The translations under genes were made by a program, and so were the position numbers. Shown here piece by piece: positions 56,801-64,000 of a DNA stretch of 64,000 bases (positions are counted from its first letter, which is position 1; every line of letters begins with the position of its first letter). The DNA is from an uncultured virus (IMG/VR IMGVR_UViG_3300025389_000012) (Duplodnaviria; Heunggongvirae; Uroviricota; Caudoviricetes). The stretch lies in IMG/VR virus record IMGVR_UViG_3300025389_000012; one strand, written 5' to 3'. The notes beneath the pieces are model-generated. The model was not told the origin of the DNA, searched no databases, and saw only the letters and a list, made by a program, of their open reading frames with translations.

Positions 56801-59800
56801 GACGTTGCACTAATTGTAAAGTGTGTGCTGTCTACAATAGATTTAACAAAATATGTTTGTCCAATTGTAATACCACCTAATGACACACCACTGAATTTGA
56901 TAGGCATGCCAACATACAATGTAGATGTACTATTACATGTAATCTGATTGGTTGATGAACTTGTAGTTGTACAGTTTACAGAAATTACACCAAGTGATTT
57001 AATGTAGTAAGTTGTGTTTGTGCTTAATCCACCAATTGAAGTATTAAATCTAACTGGCATGTTAGCATACATAAATTGAGTTGGTTGTTGGTTACTAAAT
57101 GCAACATAATTTACAGTTTGAATTGTAGCATTAACTGTGTTGCCAATTAATTCACTGATAACACCTGTACCAATATTAGGATATTGTCCAGATGTTTCAT
57201 ACAAGTTAAACAATTGTCCATTGATTTGTCCTGGGCTAATTGGTAAATTGACATTCATTATCATTGCGCCTAAACCAGTAGTCAACTGTGTGCTAGAACT
57301 TTGATCAGTTACCAATGCACTTGTTGTACTACTTGCAGCCACGGTTGTTAATGGGAATACAGTACTGTTTACATATTGAGAAATTGTAATTTCTGTAGAA
57401 TTAATAATTTCTTTAATGTAATAAGTTACACCTGAAATAATGTTACCAAAATCAGTTACACTACTACCACTGATCACCATGTTGTTAAAGATTAATGGAT
57501 CGTTAACCTTCATACCTTCTGTAGTATAAACAGTTACAATATTAGTTGAACTTGCTGTAGAAAGAACGGTAGTGCTTAATGGCGTAGGTGATGAAGAAAT
57601 TGTAAAGTTTTCTTCGTCAATAATTGTTGAAACATAGTAAACTTGATTTAATACAACACCACCAATTAAACCTTCAGTGAAGAATAATGGAATACCCACA
57701 TAGAATCCATTAGTACCACCTGTACCAATTGCTGATACTGGGGCAGTGAATACATTAGTTACTGCTGTAGTATTTGTAACTGTGATAATACCTGGGTAGT
57801 TTACAGTCAATACTGCTGTGTTTGTAACACTTGCAGTTAAACATTCTAAGCCTGCGGCTCCAACTGTTGCGTATGTTAATGTTACAATAGGACCACCTAC
57901 TGATAATGATACTGTAAAGTATAATTCATCAATAATGCTATGTACATAGTAAATTACTGGGGTACTTGTAGTTGAACCCACAAGTCCACCAATGCCCACT
58001 CCATTAAATTGAATTGGCATACCAACATAGAAACCAACAGTTGTACCAGAAGCATTTGGCTGTGGATTGTTAGGATCATTGTTTCCATCTTGTGGAATCA
58101 ATTTAATAGAATTGTTAGATGCTACTGTGGCCCCAACATATCTTACAAATGAAGACCATTCAACTTGTTGATCGTTTGTAACATCACTAATTTCAAATAC
58201 TACGCCGCCACCTGAAGCCGCAGTAATATATTGAATAGGAGGTGTAGTACTTTCTAAACTTACATCTGAACTTGAGAAGTCTTCATTGTTGCGATAACTA
58301 CCAGCAAAGAATGCGCCGTAGTATGCACTAGACTGCCAATCTTGTACTTGTGAATTGTATGTAGTTCTATCGAACTTCATTCTAATACTGTTTTCACGTA
58401 CTGGGTAAGCAGTAGAAATTGCTGATGCTCTAGCACCAAGATTCAATGAGAATGCGCTACCTGTTCCATTATTAAAGATTGGAATTCTGTTAGCATCATT
58501 GATTGCATCTGAATAAGTTACATAAAGTGCAACTACCGCAGTAGGAGTGGTTTCTAAGACATTGATATAGTACCATTGTCCGTCTGCTAACTCACCAACT
58601 CCATTATTTGTTGATGTATCGTTAAAGTATTGAACTTGTGAACCTGTTACTAAATCAGGTGCATAAACTGTAATAGTGTGCAATACTGAATTGACTTGTG
58701 TATTTGCAAAATAAATTGTAGATGATGGTTCAATAACAATTGTGGGTAATACAGGATATCCTGAACCTGGGATAATAACATTAATTTCCAATACCGAATC
58801 TAAATTCATTACTGCTTCTAATACAGCAGGAGTTCTTGGAGCAGGGTATAATGTTTCATCAATTACCGCAGTTACTCTTGGAGGATTACTATAACCATTA
58901 CCACCGCTCAATAGTAAGACAGCAGGTAAGTCAATATAAATTTTAGCACCAGGGATATGGTTAGTAACAACAGTACTGTTGTATCCACGTACTAATCCAC
59001 TTAGTTGATTTAATGCACGGTCTACTGATGAATATCCAATTTGTTCGCCGTCAATAGTGATTGTACCATTAATTGGGAAACCATTAGCGTTATCAACAAT
59101 AATATACTTAGAACTTGGAGTTAAGTATGAAACTAGTGTTGTAATGTTGTAATTATCTTGACCAGTTAATGAAACGCCATAGTTTTGATACCATTGGTTA
59201 TATGCTTCTGTTTGCCAAATTGAACTGCTTGGCAAATATTCATATTCGTTGTTTGGTAATGTATAAACTAATTCAGGGCTGATAAACTCTTGATAAGTAT
59301 TATTCCATTGTGCTGGCAAATCAAAGTCTGTGATGTTACCTTCAAATACATCATTACCTGTATAACTAAAACTAAATTGTTTGATAGTTACGTGATAAGG
59401 TTTAACTTCATTTAAGTAACCTTCTAAGAATACTTCATTGTCACCTTGATATACTTCAAGTGGTAACAATTCACGAATCTTATGATCTACGTCAACCAAT
59501 GATGTTTTATTCAACCAAGGTAAGAAGTTTTGTGATGAGGTTGTTTCGCTTTGGATATATTGGAATAGTAAAATCAAACTTTGATTTCTATAAATCAACA
59601 AGTCCGCAGTATAAATTTGCTCGTTTAATGCACGAACAATATAACGTGTTTCTTCGCTTGGGTACAAATCAAATACGTTTGTATCAAAGAAGTTTCCGTC
59701 CCAACCTAAGCCTGCACTTGAGTAATCCCATAATGCGCTACTAAACTGAATAGTACCTTGTTGTAAACCAATACGTGTCCAGTTTCCTAATCCGTCAGTA

Positions 59801-62800
59801 ATATAAACTTCAAATTTACCTGCACCGTTTTGTGCAACAGTTACAATTGTACCTGCACTTACATTCAATGTTGCTAAGTCAGCGTATAATGGAACTTGTA
59901 GTACAGAGCGTGTGTTGTCGCTGTAGCCAGGAGCCCACCAGTTGACAAATTCCCAATAGTTAGTTGTGTCGTAGTATGGTAAGCCTGTACCAGGATTAAT
60001 ATCTCCTACTGTGTACAAGAAGTCTAAATTTTCTCTTAGTTCAACGATTGGATATTGTGCTAACACTTCATTAGCAAATGTCAAATAGTTTTTAAGTGCT
60101 AAGAATCTATCAAGGAAGAAACTTTGTCTTGGTCTTACTTGAACACCCGATTGAACTTGAATTGGTAAGTATGGATCAGGTACTACTCCACCTGCATCGT
60201 CACATCCTGCCAAACTGTTAATAAATCTTAAATATAAACCATTAGGTTCACTCAAAGCACTGCTTATATACGCATACTGCGGGAATCCTGGCAAGAAATC
60301 TTCTGCATAATTTTCTTTAATAAGAGCAAATTGTTGGTGATAGATATCACTTCCTGAATCTTGATTGCTACTATATGCAATATTGAACACAGTATCAGTA
60401 CCATTGAAATAACTTAAACTGTTATAAACTGCAAATGTGTTTGGTAATACAGGAGCCATAAAACTAATACCTGACCCACGTGGGTTAGCAATGTATTGCG
60501 CAAGAATAGTATCGCTTAGAGTTTTTCCTGTTTCGCTAAAAATCAAGTTTGTGTTACGCACCCAGAAATAATAGATAGGTACAACAACACTACTTGCGTT
60601 TAATGTACTGCTAATAGCATATAATGTAATGTCTAACGGAGTACCCGGACCTTGATAATTCTGAGGAGGCACATTGCTTGCTACCCATGTGTAAACGGCA
60701 ACATCACTTCCTGGGAATACCTGACCCCAGTACTTGCTATTATACACTACATCGTTTTGATGATAGTTAACAAAGCGTACATTGTTTGTATTAAACCATG
60801 TTTTACCAACTTCGTTTGCTCCCCAAACATAACCTGTTTGGCTTGCTAAATCACTATTGTATCTTGCAGGATCAGTATTTGTTACAAAATCTAGATTTTG
60901 TCTTACTGAGCCAAGAATCTTACCTTGTAATGGATCGATATAATCTAGATTTACTAGTGTGTTGTTTGATGTAGCACTAAACAATTGTGAGTTGCTGATA
61001 CTGTTGATATCAACAATAGGTGCGCTTTGTCTATAAATGCCCCAGTCTTGTGTACCAACTGAGTTGTCATAGATTACAACTTGCCCATCTGATACTCCTG
61101 GCAAGAAGTCAGGTGAACCAACAACAACTGTGTTGTTGTTAAAATCTAGGCTTGCACCGTATAATGGATTGAATCCATAACTTGTGTTTTGTGAATTTAC
61201 AGATTGAGCAAATACAAATTGTCCAGGGTTTGCAACATTTTCATTGTAGTTACCAAGATAATCATACATGTATACTGCACCTGCGTTTGGATAACTGTCA
61301 ACAAATCGTGTTGCGTTATTATCAAACACGGTGTCTAAATCAGGTGTACCGTTGTCAGTAAAGTCAAATGATGTGAACTCATAACGTGTGCCAACTGGCG
61401 CAGAAATTACTACACTTCCAGATTCATTGAATTTAATTGCTGTACCAAATTCTGTTGGGCCAACTGCATATGGTGACACAAGAACTTGTGTATTAACAAA
61501 TACATCAAGACCCAATTGATCTAGCACATCTTCATTAACAACAGAGATTGATAGTTGATTGTTAGGTTGTGCAATTTCGCTATCAATTACTTGAATCACT
61601 AACATACCATCAGTTGTTACAGATGCTTGTACGTTAGTAATTTTGCTTGAATTGATTTGGTTAGCAATTGATGTTGCATCACCTGCTGTCAAGAATAACA
61701 AGTATCCATTTATAAACAAGTATTGTGATGACAACAAATTACATACAGATGTACCAATAATAACACCATATTTGGCACCAACATTAGTATATCTATAAGT
61801 AGCACCTTCTTCACCTGTAGTGTCATTGATTTCAAATGGTGAACCCACTAATACTTCAGTACCAAATGTGTTCATGTCCATTGCATAACCATAATGTATC
61901 CCGGTTCTGTCATTGAACTGTGAATTGAAGTTTTGTACTAATGTGTATTGATTATCACTAATGTTGATAATGTCACCTGCTTGCAATGCACCACTGTAAA
62001 CAAATTGATTACCAATTACACCATAGTTGTTGTCTTGTACTAATGTACCGTTAACTGTAACATATAATGGATCAACTTGTACATACACACCAAATGACAA
62101 GCCACTAGCAGTAGTTAATTGCACAGGCGTTGTTGATGAACGTGATGTTTTGATAGAAATTGTTGAACCTGAAATACCAGCAATGTAGTAAACAACGTTT
62201 GGCTTAATACCACAGTTAGCAAAGTTACTACCATTAAAGACTACGGCTTGATTTACTGCAAAGCCAGTCATGGCTGCATTACATGTAATGTAGTTTGTGC
62301 TACCATTAGTTGCACTTGCTGTTCTTGTTGCTCCTGCTGTTGGTGTCCAACCTAATGTAAATGACTGAATTTGTCCAGCAACACTAGTTTGTTGTGCTTC
62401 AACGTTTTGAACTGTTCTTTGGTATGCATATGCACTACCCCAATTTTCAATTGTTGAACTGTAATTTACATCAGGTGCGCCAACAAATAATGTTTGACCA
62501 TAATAGTCAGTTGACAATGAAGCACTGAAATTATCGCCTGATACTGAACCAGCAGTTGATGAACCACTGATTACAGTTGATTGCGCATATGTTACTTGCA
62601 ACGCTGTGCCGGTACCGGTACCTGCACCTGTAGCAACGAACGTAATACCTACATCGTTTGCAACTGCGCCAATTGCTGTAAAGTCTGTTGTACCAATACT
62701 TTGAATTGTATATGTTTGTCCTGTTACAAAGTAACCAGCGTTCAATAGAACTTGTTCTCTGCGATATACGTAAACATTATTATTTGCTATGTCAGAAATA

Positions 62801-64000
62801 TACAACCAATTGTTATCCCCTGACATTGCCAATGCACTACCCCAATTAGTTACACCACCGGGTGCCGCAATAGTTTGATAGAGAATAGCCGCAGTTGAAA
62901 CTGTGCTATCATTTAATGCGTAAATGTATACTTTTGGTGTACCACTTGTTGGTTCACTAATAGCATAAATGTTATTTTGATGAACAATTGTTGTACCAAA
63001 ACTTGTACCACCAGTTAACGTTTGTGATATGTCATAAACAGGTTGTCCTGTTGATTGTGATGATAATGGGTCGTACACATATCTATAAACATTACCTTGA
63101 GGTGCATCGCTAACTAAGTATCCCATTTCAGGTGAGTATGAAACAGCAGTACCAAAATTAGTTGCATATGGCTTTTCTAATTGCTGATTGTATTGATAAT
63201 TGATAGTCTTTTGATAGACTGCCCAGTTACCGTCTGTGTTTTCATCAACCCAAACTGTATTTGTAATAAAGTCTGCTTCAGTTAAGTCTAACAATCCAAT
63301 TTCTGAAGGTGTTGCAGCTCTTTGTGTTTCAAAGATTAAACCAATACCTTGACCAGTCAATGTATTTTGATTTGCAGTTGCTACATTGAGATTGATAATA
63401 ACTTCATTTAAATTTACAACTTGTGTAACGATATAATATCCGTCTACATTGTTTGCAAAGTTGACGATTGCTAATGGTTGTAATTTGCTTAGTCCGTGTG
63501 GTTCTGCAAATGTAATTGTTGCTGTTTTGTTTAAATTGTTTCTAACTTGAATTACTTGACCAATTGGTTTTAATGAATATACATTCCATGTGTTCAAGAA
63601 ATTAGCCAACCATACATAATCTCTTACGTAGAAATTCTGAATAGGAACAATTTGACCAGTGATATCAGTTGCTCTAGGTAATCCAGAGTAGAAGTAACTT
63701 GACATTTTAACATCGTTAAAGTTTACATAACCTGCGTCTGGATAAATGTTTGTTGTGCTAGGTTCTGCATCATTTGTTGTTAACAAGATGTTTGGATTAT
63801 CAATATTGTGTTTATAGTTGTATAAACTATAGATAGGAATTTCTTGCATTGAGCCAGGAGTATACACACCATTAGTTAAACTAAAGATTGATGGATCTCC
63901 GGTCATATTTGCTTGGTTAATTCTAAATTGTACAAAATTGTTATTTGCTACACCACCAAACTCACCTTGCAAGATTGCCCAGTTTTCATAGACATTATAA
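50881..64000 (-). CDS. giant baseplate/tail structural protein (5'-partial, >4,370 aa)
   Basis: Frame is open to the window edge (…YNVYENWAILQGEFGG); FG-GAP-like propeller motifs, Asp-box repeats, repeated GG....YY...FTIS modules, EVKPYH. Confidence 0.8.
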   Translation of the reverse strand, partial: YNVYENWAILQGEFGGVANNNFVQFRINQANMTGDPSIFSLTNGVYTPGSMQEIPIYSLYNYKHNIDNPNILLTTNDAEPSTTNIYPDAGYVNFNDVKMSSYFYSGLPRATDITGQIVPIQNFYVRDYVWLANFLNTWNVYSLKPIGQVIQVRNNLNKTATITFAEPHGLSKLQPLAIVNFANNVDGYYIVTQVVNLNEVIINLNVATANQNTLTGQGIGLIFETQRAATPSEIGLLDLTEADFITNTVWVDENTDGNWAVYQKTINYQYNQQLEKPYATNFGTAVSYSPEMGYLVSDAPQGNVYRYVYDPLSSQSTGQPVYDISQTLTGGTSFGTTIVHQNNIYAISEPTSGTPKVYIYALNDSTVSTAAILYQTIAAPGGVTNWGSALAMSGDNNWLYISDIANNNVYVYRREQVLLNAGYFVTGQTYTIQSIGTTDFTAIGAVANDVGITFVATGAGTGTGTALQVTYAQSTVISGSSTAGSVSGDNFSASLSTDYYGQTLFVGAPDVNYSSTIENWGSAYAYQRTVQNVEAQQTSVAGQIQSFTLGWTPTAGATRTASATNGSTNYITCNAAMTGFAVNQAVVFNGSNFANCGIKPNVVYYIAGISGSTISIKTSRSSTTPVQLTTASGLSFGVYVQVDPLYVTVNGTLVQDNNYGVIGNQFVYSGALQAGDIINISDNQYTLVQNFNSQFNDRTGIHYGYAMDMNTFGTEVLVGSPFEINDTTGEEGATYRYTNVGAKYGVIIGTSVCNLLSSQYLFINGYLLFLTAGDATSIANQINSSKITNVQASVTTDGMLVIQVIDSEIAQPNNQLSISVVNEDVLDQLGLDVFVNTQVLVSPYAVGPTEFGTAIKFNESGSVVISAPVGTRYEFTSFDFTDNGTPDLDTVFDNNATRFVDSYPNAGAVYMYDYLGNYNENVANPGQFVFAQSVNSQNTSYGFNPLYGASLDFNNNTVVVGSPDFLPGVSDGQVVIYDNSVGTQDWGIYRQSAPIVDINSISNSQLFSATSNNTLVNLDYIDPLQGKILGSVRQNLDFVTNTDPARYNSDLASQTGYVWGANEVGKTWFNTNNVRFVNYHQNDVVYNSKYWGQVFPGSDVAVYTWVASNVPPQNYQGPGTPLDITLYAISSTLNASSVVVPIYYFWVRNTNLIFSETGKTLSDTILAQYIANPRGSGISFMAPVLPNTFAVYNSLSYFNGTDTVFNIAYSSNQDSGSDIYHQQFALIKENYAEDFLPGFPQYAYISSALSEPNGLYLRFINSLAGCDDAGGVVPDPYLPIQVQSGVQVRPRQSFFLDRFLALKNYLTFANEVLAQYPIVELRENLDFLYTVGDINPGTGLPYYDTTNYWEFVNWWAPGYSDNTRSVLQVPLYADLATLNVSAGTIVTVAQNGAGKFEVYITDGLGNWTRIGLQQGTIQFSSALWDYSSAGLGWDGNFFDTNVFDLYPSEETRYIVRALNEQIYTADLLIYRNQSLILLFQYIQSETTSSQNFLPWLNKTSLVDVDHKIRELLPLEVYQGDNEVFLEGYLNEVKPYHVTIKQFSFSYTGNDVFEGNITDFDLPAQWNNTYQEFISPELVYTLPNNEYEYLPSSSIWQTEAYNQWYQNYGVSLTGQDNYNITTLVSYLTPSSKYIIVDNANGFPINGTITIDGEQIGYSSVDRALNQLSGLVRGYNSTVVTNHIPGAKIYIDLPAVLLLSGGNGYSNPPRVTAVIDETLYPAPRTPAVLEAVMNLDSVLEINVIIPGSGYPVLPTIVIEPSSTIYFANTQVNSVLHTITVYAPDLVTGSQVQYFNDTSTNNGVGELADGQWYYINVLETTPTAVVALYVTYSDAINDANRIPIFNNGTGSAFSLNLGARASAISTAYPVRENSIRMKFDRTTYNSQVQDWQSSAYYGAFFAGSYRNNEDFSSSDVSLESTTPPIQYITAASGGGVVFEISDVTNDQQVEWSSFVRYVGATVASNNSIKLIPQDGNNDPNNPQPNASGTTVGFYVGMPIQFNGVGIGGLVGSTTSTPVIYYVHSIIDELYFTVSLSVGGPIVTLTYATVGAAGLECLTASVTNTAVLTVNYPGIITVTNTTAVTNVFTAPVSAIGTGGTNGFYVGIPLFFTEGLIGGVVLNQVYYVSTIIDEENFTISSSPTPLSTTVLSTASSTNIVTVYTTEGMKVNDPLIFNNMVISGSSVTDFGNIISGVTYYIKEIINSTEITISQYVNSTVFPLTTVAASSTTSALVTDQSSSTQLTTGLGAMIMNVNLPISPGQINGQLFNLYETSGQYPNIGTGVISELIGNTVNATIQTVNYVAFSNQQPTQFMYANMPVRFNTSIGGLSTNTTYYIKSLGVISVNCTTTSSSTNQITCNSTSTLYVGMPIKFSGVSLGGITIGQTYFVKSIVDSTHFTISATSGGSTLVLFTSNGEMVGTGDPYMVVSATLGGSAVSLTSSTARSSFVQYPTANPTFDISYAVGGYIAIINSAASGFAVNNVITIYGSYVGGTTPTNNVTLTVNTIGTDGQITGVIASGTVPASSSSYYLKVVSPNQLAVYSNPLLTVPVSGLDIPYVGFTVETVTGVNSSTNALTIADTTQFSQYDAVVFTGNTSIAQTNIVPNQTYYIYQILSPTTFTISTAPGDGSTVVTMVTTIAVNFTMAKAGSFAVLPQPFYFNQSIVKYNNRIYQCIISNNDSEFIFGKWQLLDSDSNLLNAMDRVIGYYQPTANMPGVDLTQLFEGVTYPNSTYYGNQFAPANQYPVDTILQDQPFYPTEVDITSVIWNGATYLATSNLPTYSAVLISPDGINWSIDTLANINVDITDILYAGGFYVITTTNSATPIYRSNDGINWTTNGYYTPYSDQPYDTTEYDSTSINVAQLALQAVTYSNGYYIAVGDNIVRSADTYNWVEVPIFPNTLTSYEFYAIANVTLPSFTGLIAVGSGLRPDVTSGVTEQVSTNVIFYSTNNGLNWTQVNSLTPNGFYGIAGNNSLILAVGSGGVIYYSTNGASWLGLNQVQVISINAATNVINVTNSAGFVLNQPVRFSQAFGGLSTNTTYYIVSITGGAIKVSLTPSGSAIVLTNVNPSADQTMMFAYNSANPNPATLRDIIYANGIWITVGDTGTIKTSTNGFSWTTQSSGTVQNLHSVTYNNTTSTFTVVGDNNTILESTNNGVSWSDISVFNVAPTVYDVQGAEFPYGYGPEELVPGVVTDSMAMTVITRPGTLWPVVEYSNAGYNSVSLELTPTSASQTVYSFASASHYPAQVRVQVLDSTTMLGTTLDASAYTVDWINKSITLNTPLSYLPNTQKLRIDVYEVGNGSQLVKSNTDTNPIRNNTVTGFDEIYLDCNYSQNIYSGSGVIQQGTYPINTLATETFAETNYITCASISNFILNTPITFLGNVFGGIVAGTQYYVKSISTATNQITISATYNSVTGQAGPTLALTTATGSMDVAIEVGNGLVWTAPIVYLNGTQLVMGVTNNVIATTAGTNAITTNSTSGLIVGTPIMFSSTIFGGVIQPLTTYYISSIIDIYDITISATLGGPTLALTNANGGASFVTNDYAFGIQPNGIQAKMIFSSNTYNTTNDYIVYSVFGQTEPVQIGYSLPTVQEFIATGQTSSYNLNNYLGGTNAYNAIVEIDGVRQTISQYTISEFAKTINFVSNLSAGSKITVTTFNDTQQQYLTTQYGITGTPGSQFIDLTVGSTTHTVVTYDQGGTAGFDSNGSVNAGSFVVGTQYEITTVGTTNWVAIGASSNNVGIVFTATGVGSGTGVALAVGLYAENYNYLTLSSGTTASLQVNNSLVFSDVIGGIVAGKTYYVTQIINSTQFVISELVGGEPLTLTNATGSMLATANGLTVAPISNISNQLTAPLAVTFASATTSGTNAITVTSTNGFVVGRTAIFQGTGFGGIVTDGTVYFVDTVIDDTNFTIMDQYGNQISLSNGSGDMQVTIDGQPAIRVTTSIDNYFNENQLVNINGTQGSVQLNGNTYYARIITNTTFDLYTQPYDPSINAVNYPVTTAASWTGGGYAWRSGVFVLSTTTATATTSTNNIITVADTSNLVQGTPILFNEIGSVPGDVIMGGLVQGTTYYVGSIFNGTEFNVTSSLYGSTVTLTNDSGSMNVVQWVQSNVDRLWVTVNGLRVPSSNLSVNQYNEVGILTEIVPGDEVIITNMIPQATPNELTYLNLVNTVGEAVVYRANTQTRTWLTQPIYDLSTTIYVNDVTRITTTITENATVPAEVDGYYYVGLNANKNSISSITVFDTTTNSLINSSEYELVIVDTAPQIKINGTAVSAGNSLVITILEGNVILVNGEQIKFTTVDFVANSISGLQRGANGTARQPFIPTYTEVYGLLPTGMLSNNYYNQTWNSYVYNQTLGDPLQISNTVPAEFLNTDVT

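Noticed and set aside
63970..63972. TTG start assigned to the giant ORF
   Set aside because: The frame stays open to the window edge, so the true start is outside the window
1..64000. Stop-codon reassignment or introns/inteins
   Set aside because: Genes are full length and tightly packed in the standard code, TAA, TGA and TAG all end genes, and no interrupted conserved gene or intein motif was seen

Overview
A 64 kb, AT-rich, gene-dense segment of a large tailed (jumbo/T4-like) bacteriophage genome. All credible genes are on the minus strand and read cleanly in the standard code. In transcription order (right to left) the window holds: (1) virion structural genes, including a >4,370-aa Ser/Thr/Asn-rich baseplate/tail protein that runs off the right edge; (2) a ~35 kb glycan-synthesis/tailoring island with 8 radical SAM enzymes (2 cobalamin-dependent, 5 with an N-terminal SPASM/twitch-like Cys cluster), several glycosyltransferase-like families, 3 SGNH-like proteins, a carbamoyltransferase, an NDP-sugar epimerase, an NDP-sugar dehydrogenase-methyltransferase fusion, and a 2,053-aa protein with an exact 807-nt higher-order repeat; (3) a circularly permuted (two-piece) tmRNA gene encoding tag ANDNYYYEDLRLAA, followed by a terminator; (4) a 2OG-Fe(II) oxygenase, a SpeD-family decarboxylase and a nucleotidyltransferase/ADP-ribosyltransferase-like polyprotein; (5) an early region with sigma70-type promoters, a MoxR ATPase/VWA pair, thyA and another NDP-sugar epimerase. 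A TAAATA late-promoter motif recurs upstream of many genes, often only 4-5 nt before the ATG, which suggests leaderless mRNAs. All family assignments come from motif reading only; no searches were run.
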